The translations under genes and the position numbers were made by a program. A stretch of DNA of 48,091 nucleotides from an uncultured Bacteroidales bacterium (GTDB lineage Bacteria; Bacteroidota; Bacteroidia; Bacteroidales; UBA7960), in contig CAYMLS010000002.1 of assembly GCA_964390665.1 (NCBI GenBank), positions 1 to 48,091 of the forward strand, in the 5' to 3' direction. The notes below the pieces were generated by a model, which was not told the origin of the DNA, made no database searches, and worked only from the letters and a program-made list of their open reading frames with translations. Numbering within the stretch: the first letter of the stretch is position 1; each line of letters begins with the position of its first letter. This document shows positions 35,458 through 45,798 of this stretch, in pieces.

Positions 35458-38349
35458 ATGATCAGGCAATTCACAAATTCAATCATCCTTTTTTGCTTTT
35501 TATTGTTTGGGAATATATTCCCGGCTATGGCACAAAACAATACTATTACCGGTAAGGTAATCGATGCTGTATCAGGCGAGCCACTGCCCGGTGCCGCCAT
35601 CCGTATTGAAAACACCACCCTTGGTACAACCACCGATCTCGATGGAAATTTCAAGCTGTCCAACATCAGAACCAATACAACCACCATTTTGGTTTCCTAC
35701 GTAAGTTACCAGACAGCACGGGTGGAACTTGAATTTGATAAAGAAAGAGTATTGGATTTCACCATTGAACTGGCAAACGAATCCACCAACCTGGATGAAG
35801 TGATCATTACCGGAAATGCCTCGGGACAGGTAAAAGCAATGTTGGATCAGAAAACCGCAATCAATATCAAAAATATAGTTTCCTCTGAGCAAATTCAGTT
35901 GTTTCCTGATATGAATGCTGCAGAAGCCGTAAACAGGATACCCGGGATTTCACTTCAGCGCGATCAGGGCGAAGGGCGTTATGTACAATTAAGGGGAACA
36001 CCGCCGGAACTGACCAACTTCAACATCAACGGTGAGCAAATCCCTTCACCCGAGGGTGATGTAAGATACGTAGGGCTGGATATCATCTCAGCCGACCAGA
36101 TCGAAAGAATTGAAATATCAAAAGTGCTTACTCCCGACATGGATGCAGATGGTATCGGGGGAAACGTAAACATCATCACCAAAAGTGCAGAAAGTGAAAT
36201 CCCTGACATACAGGCTTCCTTATCAGGCGGGTACAACAATCTCAGACAAACAGAAAATGCACAGTTACAATTTTCTTACGGGCAAAGAGTCAATAAATTC
36301 GGATTTAAGGTAAACAGTAACTACTATGTGAATAACCAGGGATCAGACAACATGGAATTTGAATATGCCAAAGGCCCCTTCTTTAACACCGGAGACCAGC
36401 AAGATGGAGTGGATAACTACAAAGTTCATTACCGGGAGATGCAATTAAGGCATTACAATATTACACGCGAAAGAATTGGTGTGAGTGCCAGCCTGGATTA
36501 TCGCTTTAATCCCAATTCTCTGGTTTACCTGCGTGGCATGTTCAACAGGTTTGGTGATGATGAAATCAGAAGAAGGGTTATATTTACCCTCGACGACCCT
36601 CTGAATGAAAACGTATATCTCTATGGCGGAGTTGACAGGGATGTGCGCGAGAGAACCAAAATACAACAAATCAGCACTGTTAATTTAGGTGGAGAGCACG
36701 ATACCAGATTCTTAAAAATTGATTATGAAGCAGCAGTTTCTCAGGCAACAGATAATCAACCCGATCGGGTGCAAGCCCTTTTCGACAATCCCGGACAAGC
36801 GATTAATATTCAATTTGACAATTCAGACCCGGATTTCCCCGTTCCGCTCTTTGCCAATGAAATTGACACCATCAATGCAACCAATTACGAAGAATACGAA
36901 TTTAAAGAATTGATCATGTCCGATGGTTTAGTGGTTGACAGGAACTTATCAGGAAGACTCAACATCGAGGTTCCTTATGAGTTTGCCAACCAATCAGGTT
37001 ATTTCAAATTCGGTGGAAAATTCAGATTTAAGGAGAAAACACGAGATTTCAATGCTGACGCTTATTCAGCGTATTTCACTTCTTCCAATACTTACCCTGG
37101 TACAGGGCAAACCCTCACATTGCCCGGACTAAGTGACGGTTTTGTGGATAATAATTTACTCGGTCAGGGATACACTTTAGACTTTATTCCTTCACCTCAA
37201 ATGATGGTCGATTTCCATGAATACAATTCACACTTTTTTATCATTGACAGAACCGGGGGCAAAAATGAAACTTTCGGACAGGACTACTTAGCCAGGGAAG
37301 ATATATATGCTGCCTATGGTATGCTCAGACACGATATAGGGGATCTTATGATCATCGGAGGTTTACGGTATGAAAGAACATTTGTGGATTACGAAGCCCG
37401 GTCGGTTCTACTTGACAGGGGGAGATTCGACAGATTGGATACCGTATCCGATAGCAGAACCCACGACTTTTGGCTGCCACAGTTTCAGATGAGATATGCC
37501 TTCAATGACAATTTTAATTTACGATTGGGTTACACACATACTTTTGCCCGCCCCAATTTCAGCGATGTACTCCCCTACCGGCAAATCGACAGGGATGAAG
37601 TGGAATTTGGAAATCCTGATTTAATTTACCCCACGGCACAAAACGTGGATATTTTACTTGAAAACTATCTGAAAGAAGGCGGCATTATCTCGGGCGGATT
37701 GTTCTACAAAAAGATTGATGATTTTATATTCTATTTTGAACGATACGCGAGGGAAGGGGATGTTCAGGATGTTTCACTCAACCTGTATTCCATTCCCATT
37801 AATGGTATAGAAGCATTTGTTTATGGTGCTGAGGTTCAGACACAGTCGAAACTGCATTTTCTTCCGGGTTTTCTTGCCAACTTCGGTGTATTTCTCAATT
37901 ACACCTACACTTATTCGGAGGCACTCATCAACAAAAGACAGCCTGCCAACTATACCGATGCAAGGGTGACATTCCTGGGTGACTACATAGCCGATTTTAC
38001 TATTGAAGGTGAAACAGAACAGATTGAACTACCCGGTCAGGCACCCCATGCCGCAAACCTGGCCTTTTTCTTTGATAATGATATTTTCTTTGCTAAAATT
38101 GCAGCCAATTACCATGATGATTTTCTTCATGAATTAGGTGCAGATTCAGACCTCGACCGGTATTACCATAGTTTGTGGCACCTTGATTTCACAACCAGTT
38201 ACCGGATCAATGACAACATTACCGTGTTTGCCGATCTGATTAACCTCACCAATGCACCCCTGAAATTTTATCTGGGATCACGCGACCGCATCTTACAACA
38301 GGAATACTATTCATGGTGGGGCAGAACGGGTGTGAGAATGAATTTCTAA
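35458..38349 (+). CDS. TonB-dependent receptor (CarboxypepD_reg + plug + 22-strand barrel type), no SusD partner
   Basis: 963 aa. It has a signal peptide, ITGKVIDAVSGEPLPGAAIRIENTTLGTTTDLDGNF, the plug motif NRIPGISLQRDQGEGRYVQLRG, and a C-terminal aromatic residue (...GVRMNF). The next gene is not SusD-like. Confidence 0.88.
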   Translation: MIRQFTNSIILFCFLLFGNIFPAMAQNNTITGKVIDAVSGEPLPGAAIRIENTTLGTTTDLDGNFKLSNIRTNTTTILVSYVSYQTARVELEFDKERVLDFTIELANESTNLDEVIITGNASGQVKAMLDQKTAINIKNIVSSEQIQLFPDMNAAEAVNRIPGISLQRDQGEGRYVQLRGTPPELTNFNINGEQIPSPEGDVRYVGLDIISADQIERIEISKVLTPDMDADGIGGNVNIITKSAESEIPDIQASLSGGYNNLRQTENAQLQFSYGQRVNKFGFKVNSNYYVNNQGSDNMEFEYAKGPFFNTGDQQDGVDNYKVHYREMQLRHYNITRERIGVSASLDYRFNPNSLVYLRGMFNRFGDDEIRRRVIFTLDDPLNENVYLYGGVDRDVRERTKIQQISTVNLGGEHDTRFLKIDYEAAVSQATDNQPDRVQALFDNPGQAINIQFDNSDPDFPVPLFANEIDTINATNYEEYEFKELIMSDGLVVDRNLSGRLNIEVPYEFANQSGYFKFGGKFRFKEKTRDFNADAYSAYFTSSNTYPGTGQTLTLPGLSDGFVDNNLLGQGYTLDFIPSPQMMVDFHEYNSHFFIIDRTGGKNETFGQDYLAREDIYAAYGMLRHDIGDLMIIGGLRYERTFVDYEARSVLLDRGRFDRLDTVSDSRTHDFWLPQFQMRYAFNDNFNLRLGYTHTFARPNFSDVLPYRQIDRDEVEFGNPDLIYPTAQNVDILLENYLKEGGIISGGLFYKKIDDFIFYFERYAREGDVQDVSLNLYSIPINGIEAFVYGAEVQTQSKLHFLPGFLANFGVFLNYTYTYSEALINKRQPANYTDARVTFLGDYIADFTIEGETEQIELPGQAPHAANLAFFFDNDIFFAKIAANYHDDFLHELGADSDLDRYYHSLWHLDFTTSYRINDNITVFADLINLTNAPLKFYLGSRDRILQQEYYSWWGRTGVRMNF

Positions 38350-38556
38350 AAAGTTATTGACTTATCAAACAATAAAAAATGATCAACTCTTTTTAAAATA
38401 ATGCAGATATAATAAGAATTTCTTCAGCGAATAAATCAGAAAGATACTTTTGCTTAAGATAATTCAATCATTTTTCATCAGGATTATAGAAAAATACTTT
38501 CTAAATATTATAAAAGAATCATCAAAAATGTAACAGGCACACTAAAACACCTTACC

Positions 38557-40329
38557 GTGAAATATAACAATACCACAAAAAAATTCCTGACATTAATTGG
38601 CAGTATTTTGATTTTAAACATCTTGCTGCCCCCAGAGCAAACAAATGCTCAAATATTAGAAAACGAACCAGTTTACTCAAACGATCGTGTTACTGCATTT
38701 AAAGTACGCTCAGATTTTAATGCAGAACTTGATAAGAATACAGGCTGGTCAGCTGAAATTAACCAAACAAAACCTCAAACAGTCGACACCCCTTTTCGTA
38801 TCCGTTTTGAAGTAGAAAGTGACACTACAGTTCATCGACGTCAATATAGTCTGCAATACCGATGGAATAACAGTTCATGGACTTACCTTGAGGCGCATGA
38901 TTTTCCATATCCCTCATCTGCATCTCCAACCATAAGTATCGTTAGTTGTGAGGCATATTTCATGGGTGAAACAGCAGAAGATCTGATTCATGTATCAACA
39001 CAACCAGCAAACCCCGGAGCAGGTATCAGCTTGTCACCTGTAACTCCGGGGTGGTGGCCAACCCCACGCGATGGAGCATCAGCAGAATGGGAATTCGCAC
39101 TGGTAGTTCGCAGATGGGCTGATGGTCCCAAACTTGTAAAAGATGGTGACAAGATTTCGCTTAGACTGGTTGATCATTTAGGTCACCCACTCAAAGGCTT
39201 TATACCTGAATTCACGGTCACTATTCCTGATGCACACCTCGGTGGAACTTTCGTTGAAACACCTGCACGAATTGGCCCGTATGAAAATAGCAACGGGGAT
39301 TTATATTTCATGATGGAACCAACAGAAACAGACAATGTTTTCATGATGGTAAAATCAACCGACAAGGGTAAAACATGGTTTGAAGTTGATGCTGAAAACC
39401 GTCCGGAAAAAGGTGATTTGGAAGGTGTTGGTTCTGTGGTAGACAATAAAGGAGTTATTCATATTGTTCATCAAATATCTGAAGCAGTTTACCACCATGC
39501 CTTTGCCATGTCAGAAAATTCAGATTGCAATGATTGCTGGGTGGTAAAAGACAAACTAATTACAGAACATGAAGATCCTCCAACTCAGGCGGCAGACATC
39601 GTCCTTCGTCCGGATGGAAGTCTTGTAACTGTTTTTTGCAACAGTGACAAGATACAATACAGCATTCTGAAACCAAGCGGAAACTGGAGTAAACCAATTG
39701 ATCTATCACACGATTATCCGTTTGGATTTACAAATCCATCCATTACTTCCTTAGCTGATGGCACAATAGACATAGCCTTTAAAAGCATAGACGGGGCAGG
39801 CTGGCACAGGCAATTGTTACCCGATAATTCACTCACACCTGCGCAACAATTTGCCAGCAATCTTGGAACAACCGAATATGAAAACATTTCCATATTACCG
39901 TTGATTTACCTTCCTGGAAAGCAAACTACCGTTGCGATTTTCCGTCAAACTGACAAGTTTCTGTATTTATCTGCCAGATCAAACAATAATCTTTGGTCAG
40001 AACCCGTAAAAATATCTGACAAGCCTGTGATTACTAACGCTGTAGACTCTGATCAAACAGGTGCTGATGCTGTGGCATGGGGTGATAAAGTTGTTTTATC
40101 ATACATAGATAAAGAAGACAGAAACATATACTTTTCGGTGATAGAAAATTTTGCAGAAATACCTTCTGCAAGGCTGCTAATTCAAGATATTGAAGGTTCC
40201 TGGATCAGAGGAAATATCCTGAACCATCAGGATGGATCAGGTATTTACGGCATTATCTATGATGCCGGAAGCAAAGGGGGTTCGGGTTATAACAAGTATT
40301 TTTATGTGGAGATGAGGCGAGAAAAGTAA
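38557..40329 (+). CDS. Secreted hypothetical protein with a BNR/Asp-box (sialidase-fold-like) C-terminal region
   Basis: GTG start. Signal peptide FLTLIGSILILNILLPPEQTNAQ. There is one clear Asp-box, KSTDKGKTW (SxDxGxTW). The N-terminal ~230 aa domain was not recognised. Confidence 0.5.
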   Translation: MKYNNTTKKFLTLIGSILILNILLPPEQTNAQILENEPVYSNDRVTAFKVRSDFNAELDKNTGWSAEINQTKPQTVDTPFRIRFEVESDTTVHRRQYSLQYRWNNSSWTYLEAHDFPYPSSASPTISIVSCEAYFMGETAEDLIHVSTQPANPGAGISLSPVTPGWWPTPRDGASAEWEFALVVRRWADGPKLVKDGDKISLRLVDHLGHPLKGFIPEFTVTIPDAHLGGTFVETPARIGPYENSNGDLYFMMEPTETDNVFMMVKSTDKGKTWFEVDAENRPEKGDLEGVGSVVDNKGVIHIVHQISEAVYHHAFAMSENSDCNDCWVVKDKLITEHEDPPTQAADIVLRPDGSLVTVFCNSDKIQYSILKPSGNWSKPIDLSHDYPFGFTNPSITSLADGTIDIAFKSIDGAGWHRQLLPDNSLTPAQQFASNLGTTEYENISILPLIYLPGKQTTVAIFRQTDKFLYLSARSNNNLWSEPVKISDKPVITNAVDSDQTGADAVAWGDKVVLSYIDKEDRNIYFSVIENFAEIPSARLLIQDIEGSWIRGNILNHQDGSGIYGIIYDAGSKGGSGYNKYFYVEMRREK

Positions 40330-40445
40330 AGGTAACAGACCCAGGAAAACATTTCAATGTAGATATCATAAACAGTTGTTGTTAATTTAACACATTGATA
40401 AATCAAGATGATTAGTATCAGCAAACCAAAATTAAAGATAAACCT

Positions 40446-41402
40446 ATGACACTAACTCTGAAGTCAGCAATTGTTATATTTACGCTGATCTTATTTGCTT
40501 GCAATGCCAATCAGGACAGAGACAACCATAAACCCTATTCTAAGGATTCTATCGCAGTTGCATTGGAAGATATGTTGGAATTCTCAATTTCAACTTCACA
40601 TAACGAAAATGATACTGTACTTTTAAGGATAGCATTCATAGGCGATGCTGAACCAAAACCCCTTCCAGAGTTTCCAGGAATGAAAGGTGCTGTTCAACAT
40701 ATCAATAAACTTACAAAATCAACTCCGGTTGATTTTGTAATAGGCATAGGTGATATTGCCCACAAAGGTACGAAAATCCAATACGAGGAAGCAACAAAGG
40801 TTTTACAAATGCTTGATATTCCCATCTACCCCATTATGGGCAATGAAGAACATGAAAGTACAATTGAAAGGTATCTGCAGTATGCCAAAAAGTGGAATGA
40901 AAATATACAAAAAACAAGCTATGTAATCAATCATGAAAAGGTAGCATTTGTTCTCGCATCCCCCGATCATGGTCGTGATTTTAACGACAGTGGAGTTTTA
41001 TGGATTGCAGAGCAACTAAAAAGACTGGCTCCAAAACCTGTATTTCTTATAGTGCATGGGGCACAAACTGGTGTTTATCCTGAAAACAATGACAAGGGCA
41101 TTAGCAACCAACTTTTTAAAAAACAAGTAATCGGGCAACCAAATCTTTGCGCGGTTATTTCTGGCGACCTACACATGGACATGGATAGAGTAAATCATTC
41201 AAAAAAAATTGATCAGATTCACTACCTGCATATTCCCGCTTTGGAACGCACAAAAATACCCGACAAAACAAATCATACGCCAATGTTTCGCGTTATGACA
41301 ATCTCAAAAAATGGGGCAGTGAAAATAGACACTTATACGGTAGGTAAAGATTCTTCAATGGAAGAACATCAATACATCTTTTCACAGAAGCTCCAACCCT
41401 AA
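40446..41402 (+). CDS. Lipoprotein metallophosphoesterase (calcineurin-like)
   Basis: Lipobox LILFAC. Metallophosphoesterase motifs are in order: FIGDAEP, GIGDIAHKG (GDxxxxG), GNEEH (GNHE variant), VHG, GDLHMD. Confidence 0.78.
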   Translation: MTLTLKSAIVIFTLILFACNANQDRDNHKPYSKDSIAVALEDMLEFSISTSHNENDTVLLRIAFIGDAEPKPLPEFPGMKGAVQHINKLTKSTPVDFVIGIGDIAHKGTKIQYEEATKVLQMLDIPIYPIMGNEEHESTIERYLQYAKKWNENIQKTSYVINHEKVAFVLASPDHGRDFNDSGVLWIAEQLKRLAPKPVFLIVHGAQTGVYPENNDKGISNQLFKKQVIGQPNLCAVISGDLHMDMDRVNHSKKIDQIHYLHIPALERTKIPDKTNHTPMFRVMTISKNGAVKIDTYTVGKDSSMEEHQYIFSQKLQP

Positions 41403-41570
41403 GATTGGATAATTGCTGCAATCAAATACGTATTGTTTAGCATAGGAGAAGATCTCCACATTCTATTCATAGATAACTGACAATTCAAGGTAAAATCTTA
41501 AAATATACCGAAAAAAGGAATCAATATCCTAAAAATAAGAAAACGCTTTTTGCCACTATAAACGGTAACA

Positions 41571-42090
41571 TCTACCTCAACTTGACCAATCTCCCATACG
41601 TAAGTTGCCGCCATATCCATTCCACGGGTCCGAAACGGAAATACCGGAGCCAGATGGTGCTGAAGAGTATCTGCCAGATATATAAGGTTAGGACGAAAAT
41701 GATAACAGAGGTATACCCAAACGACATGGCAAATCCTAATCCCACCCCGTAAAAAACAAAAATACTGATGATGCTTTGAAACAGATAATTGGAAAGGGCA
41801 GTGCGCCCCACAGCTGCAAACCAGTTCAGCCAACCACTGCGGTGGGTAACAATGAGCGCAACGATGCCGCAATAAGCCAGTGCCATAGGTGTAAGTGCCA
41901 GGGCATTAAGCATATATTCCAGAAATTGACGCAATGCACCGTTCATAAAGCCAAACTCTATCCAGGCACGCAGCAAATTCATGGGCAATCCAATGACCAG
42001 ACCCCAGAGGATGATCTTTTCAATCAGGGGAGTATTGGAAAGAATATTGTTTTCAAGTATTTGCCTGCCCACATAAATGCCGAGCAGAAA
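41571..42090. repeat. Right copy of the 520-bp direct repeat
   Basis: See the left copy. This copy is the 3' end of the intact DUF418-like gene. Confidence 0.9.
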
Positions 42091-42870
42091 AAGGGCAAGG
42101 ACTTTGAATATTCTGCCTTCCATAAGGATTCCAGACAATCGCAGAAGAGGCATGAAAGCATTTATTTGAATCCATTCCTTGAAATTGGTGATCGAGTAAT
42201 AAGCAGCCATCGTGAATTCAGTATCTCCATTTTTTGAGGCATCTTCTGAAAGCACACGACTTGCCAGGTCAATGAATCTCTCCCTCAGGAATTCAGGATA
42301 AAAAGTATCGGTAAGAAACATAAAAACCCAGTGAACCACTGGCATCAACAGCAGTATTGCTGCCCATACCAACAACTTTTTGTTGGAAAAATGGCGAAAG
42401 AAGACCAAAAGAAATCCCAGAACCGCATAGAGCGTAAGAATATCACCCAACCAAATGAAAAACAAATGAATTCCACCAATAAGAAGCAATCCCAACATTC
42501 TTTTCAGGAAAAAGGGTACAAAAACCCGGTCTTCCTTATTCATTCGCTGATACTGCAGGGCAAACCCAATTCCGAAAAGAATGGAGAAAATGGAATAAAA
42601 CTTTCCATCCACAAAAATGAATGCAAGCATTTGCAATATATAATCAAGGGAAGCAAATCTCATTTGTGCAATTTCATCTTCAGGAATAAAATACTCACCA
42701 GAAAGATATCTGATATTGGCAACAAAGATGAACAGAATAGCAATGCCGCGTAAAATGTCGAGGTATTGAATTCGTTCTTTGTTGGGTACCGGGATATCGG
42801 GATGGTCGGTGGTGAAAAGTCGGATGTTGACTTTTGATGATTCATTATTGGAAACTATAGGGGTTGTCAT
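41572..42870 (-). CDS. DUF418/YeiB-like multi-pass membrane protein (intact copy)
   Basis: 432 aa. It has RIQYLDILRGIAILFIFVANI, typical of the DUF418/YeiB family, and about 9 TM segments. The 3' 520 bp is duplicated at 29519-30038. Confidence 0.75.
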   Translation of the reverse strand: MTTPIVSNNESSKVNIRLFTTDHPDIPVPNKERIQYLDILRGIAILFIFVANIRYLSGEYFIPEDEIAQMRFASLDYILQMLAFIFVDGKFYSIFSILFGIGFALQYQRMNKEDRVFVPFFLKRMLGLLLIGGIHLFFIWLGDILTLYAVLGFLLVFFRHFSNKKLLVWAAILLLMPVVHWVFMFLTDTFYPEFLRERFIDLASRVLSEDASKNGDTEFTMAAYYSITNFKEWIQINAFMPLLRLSGILMEGRIFKVLALFLLGIYVGRQILENNILSNTPLIEKIILWGLVIGLPMNLLRAWIEFGFMNGALRQFLEYMLNALALTPMALAYCGIVALIVTHRSGWLNWFAAVGRTALSNYLFQSIISIFVFYGVGLGFAMSFGYTSVIIFVLTLYIWQILFSTIWLRYFRFGPVEWIWRQLTYGRLVKLR

Positions 42871-42971
42871 GTGCTATTTTATTGCTTTTTAATGAGCTTG
42901 TCATCTACCATCATATTGCATTTTTAAATTTAATAATTACATCAATCCGGAAACTCGTTTTTGGAATGAAC

Positions 42972-44408
42972 TCAATAGTTTAAATACAACGCCCCGGCAA
43001 TAAACAGCCCGGCCACTGCAGTAAGAATAAGAAAGAGCGGCCAGATAAACTTTACCCACTTTTCAAACGGTACACCGGCAATGGCCAGTGATGCCATTAA
43101 TACTCCATTGGTTGGGATGATCATGTTGGAGAACCCATCGCCCGAGATAAAGATCAACACTGCTGTTTGCCTGGAAATATCCAATAGGTCAGATAATGGA
43201 ACCATCAGTGGCATGGAAACCATGGCCTGACCGGAAGCTGAAGGGATGAAAAAGTTCAGCATCATTTGAAATGCATACATCCCCTGTGCCGAAACTAAAG
43301 GGTGCTTTCCTTCAAGCAGCAGAGATGTACGGTAGAGAATGGTGTCAATGATCATCCCTTCTTCCATCACCACCTGAATACCCCTTGCAAAACCTACAAT
43401 GAGCGCAGGTACAAGCATTACCTCCAGTCCTTTTATAAAACTCTTCATGGCCTGGTCTCCTGTCATGCCGCTGATCAGAATGGTGCAAACACCCACGGCA
43501 AAAAAACCGCCTGTCATTTCAATAAGCCCCCACCCCATGGTTTGAACAGCAAAGAGGATCATGGCGAACAATACCAAACCGGATACAGCAATTCCTATAT
43601 GTTTTTTGGTGGGTTTATGACCTCCATCCACCATATGGTTGTCTTCCACCGTAAAGGGATCATCGGGCATCACAGAACGAGACTTGTCCCTTTTCACCCT
43701 TTTCCCGTAAATAACCAAAAAAGCAAAGGCAATTGTAACACACACAATAAAGAAGACAATGCGCAAGCCGATACCACTGCCAATGGGTAACTCGGCAATT
43801 CTTTGCGCGATCTGAACAGTAAAAGGATTGGTAATGGCTGTTGACCAGCCTACGCCGGTGGCTAAGGTAAGCAGACCAAGTCCGAACAAACGGTCGTAAC
43901 CAAGCCGTTTTGAGATCAGTAAAAATATAGGTATCAATGGTATAAACTCTGCACCCATTCCCATAAAAGTAGCAGCAAATGCAATAAAAATAAAAAGAAT
44001 AAAACTGAGCAGCAGTGGAGAACCTCCAAATTTGTAAAGCAAGAGGTTGATAAAAACATTGATCGTGCCCGTTTGCTGTATCAAAGTGAGCACAGCTCCG
44101 ATGATAAACACAAAAAAGATCAGTGGAGCAGCAGAGTTCAAGCCTTTGGGGATGGACGAAAACAAACCCAACAGACTTATGGGGGTTGATTTACCGGGCA
44201 CCTCCTCACCCAGTACCACACCCTGAACTGAAAAATGCCTGGGTATCTGTTGGTAACTTCCCGGAACAACCAATGTTTGCTGTACATTGTCCACTTCACG
44301 TGTGATTCGTTCAAACTGTCCGCTGGGAACAAAATAGGTCATGATACTGCTAAACAGGATAATTGCCGATAAAAAAATAAAAACGTGGGGTATTTTCAAA
44401 TTTTTCAT
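42972..44408 (-). CDS. YfcC-family (DcuC-like anaerobic C4-dicarboxylate/basic amino acid carrier superfamily) transporter
   Basis: 478 aa polytopic protein. The N-terminus KIPHVFIFLSAIILFSSIMTYFVPSGQFER is characteristic of YfcC-type proteins. Confidence 0.7.
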   Translation of the reverse strand: MKNLKIPHVFIFLSAIILFSSIMTYFVPSGQFERITREVDNVQQTLVVPGSYQQIPRHFSVQGVVLGEEVPGKSTPISLLGLFSSIPKGLNSAAPLIFFVFIIGAVLTLIQQTGTINVFINLLLYKFGGSPLLLSFILFIFIAFAATFMGMGAEFIPLIPIFLLISKRLGYDRLFGLGLLTLATGVGWSTAITNPFTVQIAQRIAELPIGSGIGLRIVFFIVCVTIAFAFLVIYGKRVKRDKSRSVMPDDPFTVEDNHMVDGGHKPTKKHIGIAVSGLVLFAMILFAVQTMGWGLIEMTGGFFAVGVCTILISGMTGDQAMKSFIKGLEVMLVPALIVGFARGIQVVMEEGMIIDTILYRTSLLLEGKHPLVSAQGMYAFQMMLNFFIPSASGQAMVSMPLMVPLSDLLDISRQTAVLIFISGDGFSNMIIPTNGVLMASLAIAGVPFEKWVKFIWPLFLILTAVAGLFIAGALYLNY

Positions 44409-45781
44409 GCACTTTCTTTTAATTTTGATTCATCAACAGGGATATCGTATTTAATATCCAGCAGGTCAACCCTTTTGGTGTGTTTTTCAAACTGTATAAA
44501 TGGGGTAAGGATAAGCATAACCAATGGAAAGATCACTGCAATAACAATTATATATTGCCAACTCAACCATGCCGAAAATATCCCCATCAACCAGGCACCT
44601 GATGCAAGACCAAGATTTGATATGGCCATATACAACGTAAACTGAGTGGCGGAGATGCGCTTCCAGCACAAATTCATGGCTGCTGCAAAAATGGCAATGG
44701 TGGTAAATGTTACAAGGGTGTAAAACGCTCCTACAAATAAAATGATAAAAATTCTGTTTTCCCAGTAAGGCTGTGCCAATGCAGCAGATACCAACAGTAC
44801 GATCAGCATTGCAAGATAAATCCTTAACATTTTAATTTTTCCGAAGATATCAATCAATGCTCCGGCCACAAACATTCCTAAAACACCTGAAATGAGGTTC
44901 ACTACAGAAAACATTTGAGAATAACCAGTATCTGTCCATCCCAGTTCCTGCACTGCCAAAACAGGTATCAATGTATCCATCACCCCTCTGCCCATTGAAA
45001 AACTGAATGCTGCCACTCCCATGATCAGGCTTACAGGTAAAACGAAAACCCTGAAAAGACTCAGGAAAACGGTTTTCCAGTTTTGAACCTGTATTTTCGC
45101 GGCGTTACGGGAAACACCCCCTTTTTTACTCCAGGGCAACTTCTTCTCGCAGGGTCTTTCCTTGATCAGCAGCGGGATAAACATGATCAGAAAAACCAGG
45201 AGCGCCAGGGAGGCAATGGCGGTAAAAAACCCGTACTGATTGATCATAAATACACCAAGGGCAACAGACGATGAAATACCTACGGTTTTTGAACCCCACA
45301 TCAACCCGTTTGCCCGGGCCTGCTGATCGACAGGGAGTACATCAATGGCCATCCCATCAACAGCTATATCCTGGATAACGGCAAAAAATCCCACAAAGAA
45401 ACCCAAAACTTTCAGCATTAGCAAGTTATTGAGTGGATCGTGGATGAACGCCATGGATAAAAAGCTGGTCGCCAGGCCAATTTGTCCAAAAACAATCCAG
45501 GGCCGGCGTCTGCCCATGATCAGGTAGGTGAAACGATCGATGATGGGGGCAGCAACAATTTTAAAACTCCAGGGTAGTCCAAGAATGGCAACAAATCCTG
45601 CAATCTCTGCCGGTGTTTTTCCGTTCATGGCCATCCAGGCAGGCAGTCCAAACCAAAGCAAACCTTCAGGAATACCCTGTGCAAGGTACAAAGCAGAAAA
45701 CGAAAGATACCGAAGTACCTTGTTTTGCGCCAGTGCAGGAAATCTCTTGAAGGTAATGGGGATTTCTCTGTATTGCGTCAT
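44405..45781 (-). CDS. MFS transporter, AmpG/PAT-family-like
   Basis: 458 aa with 12-14 TM segments. The loop motif MGRRRPWIVFGQ resembles the AmpG-family signature. Its stop TGA overlaps the ATG of the YfcC-like gene (ATGA). Confidence 0.65.
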   Translation of the reverse strand: MTQYREIPITFKRFPALAQNKVLRYLSFSALYLAQGIPEGLLWFGLPAWMAMNGKTPAEIAGFVAILGLPWSFKIVAAPIIDRFTYLIMGRRRPWIVFGQIGLATSFLSMAFIHDPLNNLLMLKVLGFFVGFFAVIQDIAVDGMAIDVLPVDQQARANGLMWGSKTVGISSSVALGVFMINQYGFFTAIASLALLVFLIMFIPLLIKERPCEKKLPWSKKGGVSRNAAKIQVQNWKTVFLSLFRVFVLPVSLIMGVAAFSFSMGRGVMDTLIPVLAVQELGWTDTGYSQMFSVVNLISGVLGMFVAGALIDIFGKIKMLRIYLAMLIVLLVSAALAQPYWENRIFIILFVGAFYTLVTFTTIAIFAAAMNLCWKRISATQFTLYMAISNLGLASGAWLMGIFSAWLSWQYIIVIAVIFPLVMLILTPFIQFEKHTKRVDLLDIKYDIPVDESKLKESA

Positions 45782-45798
45782 ATTTTATTCCTTTTGTT

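Noticed and set aside
30039-41570. Calling the repeat-bounded cassette a classical integrative element, prophage or ICE.
   Set aside because: No integrase, recombinase, transposase, phage or conjugation gene is visible in the cargo. Only the direct-repeat architecture supports mobility, so it is reported as a hypothesis rather than annotated as a mobile element.
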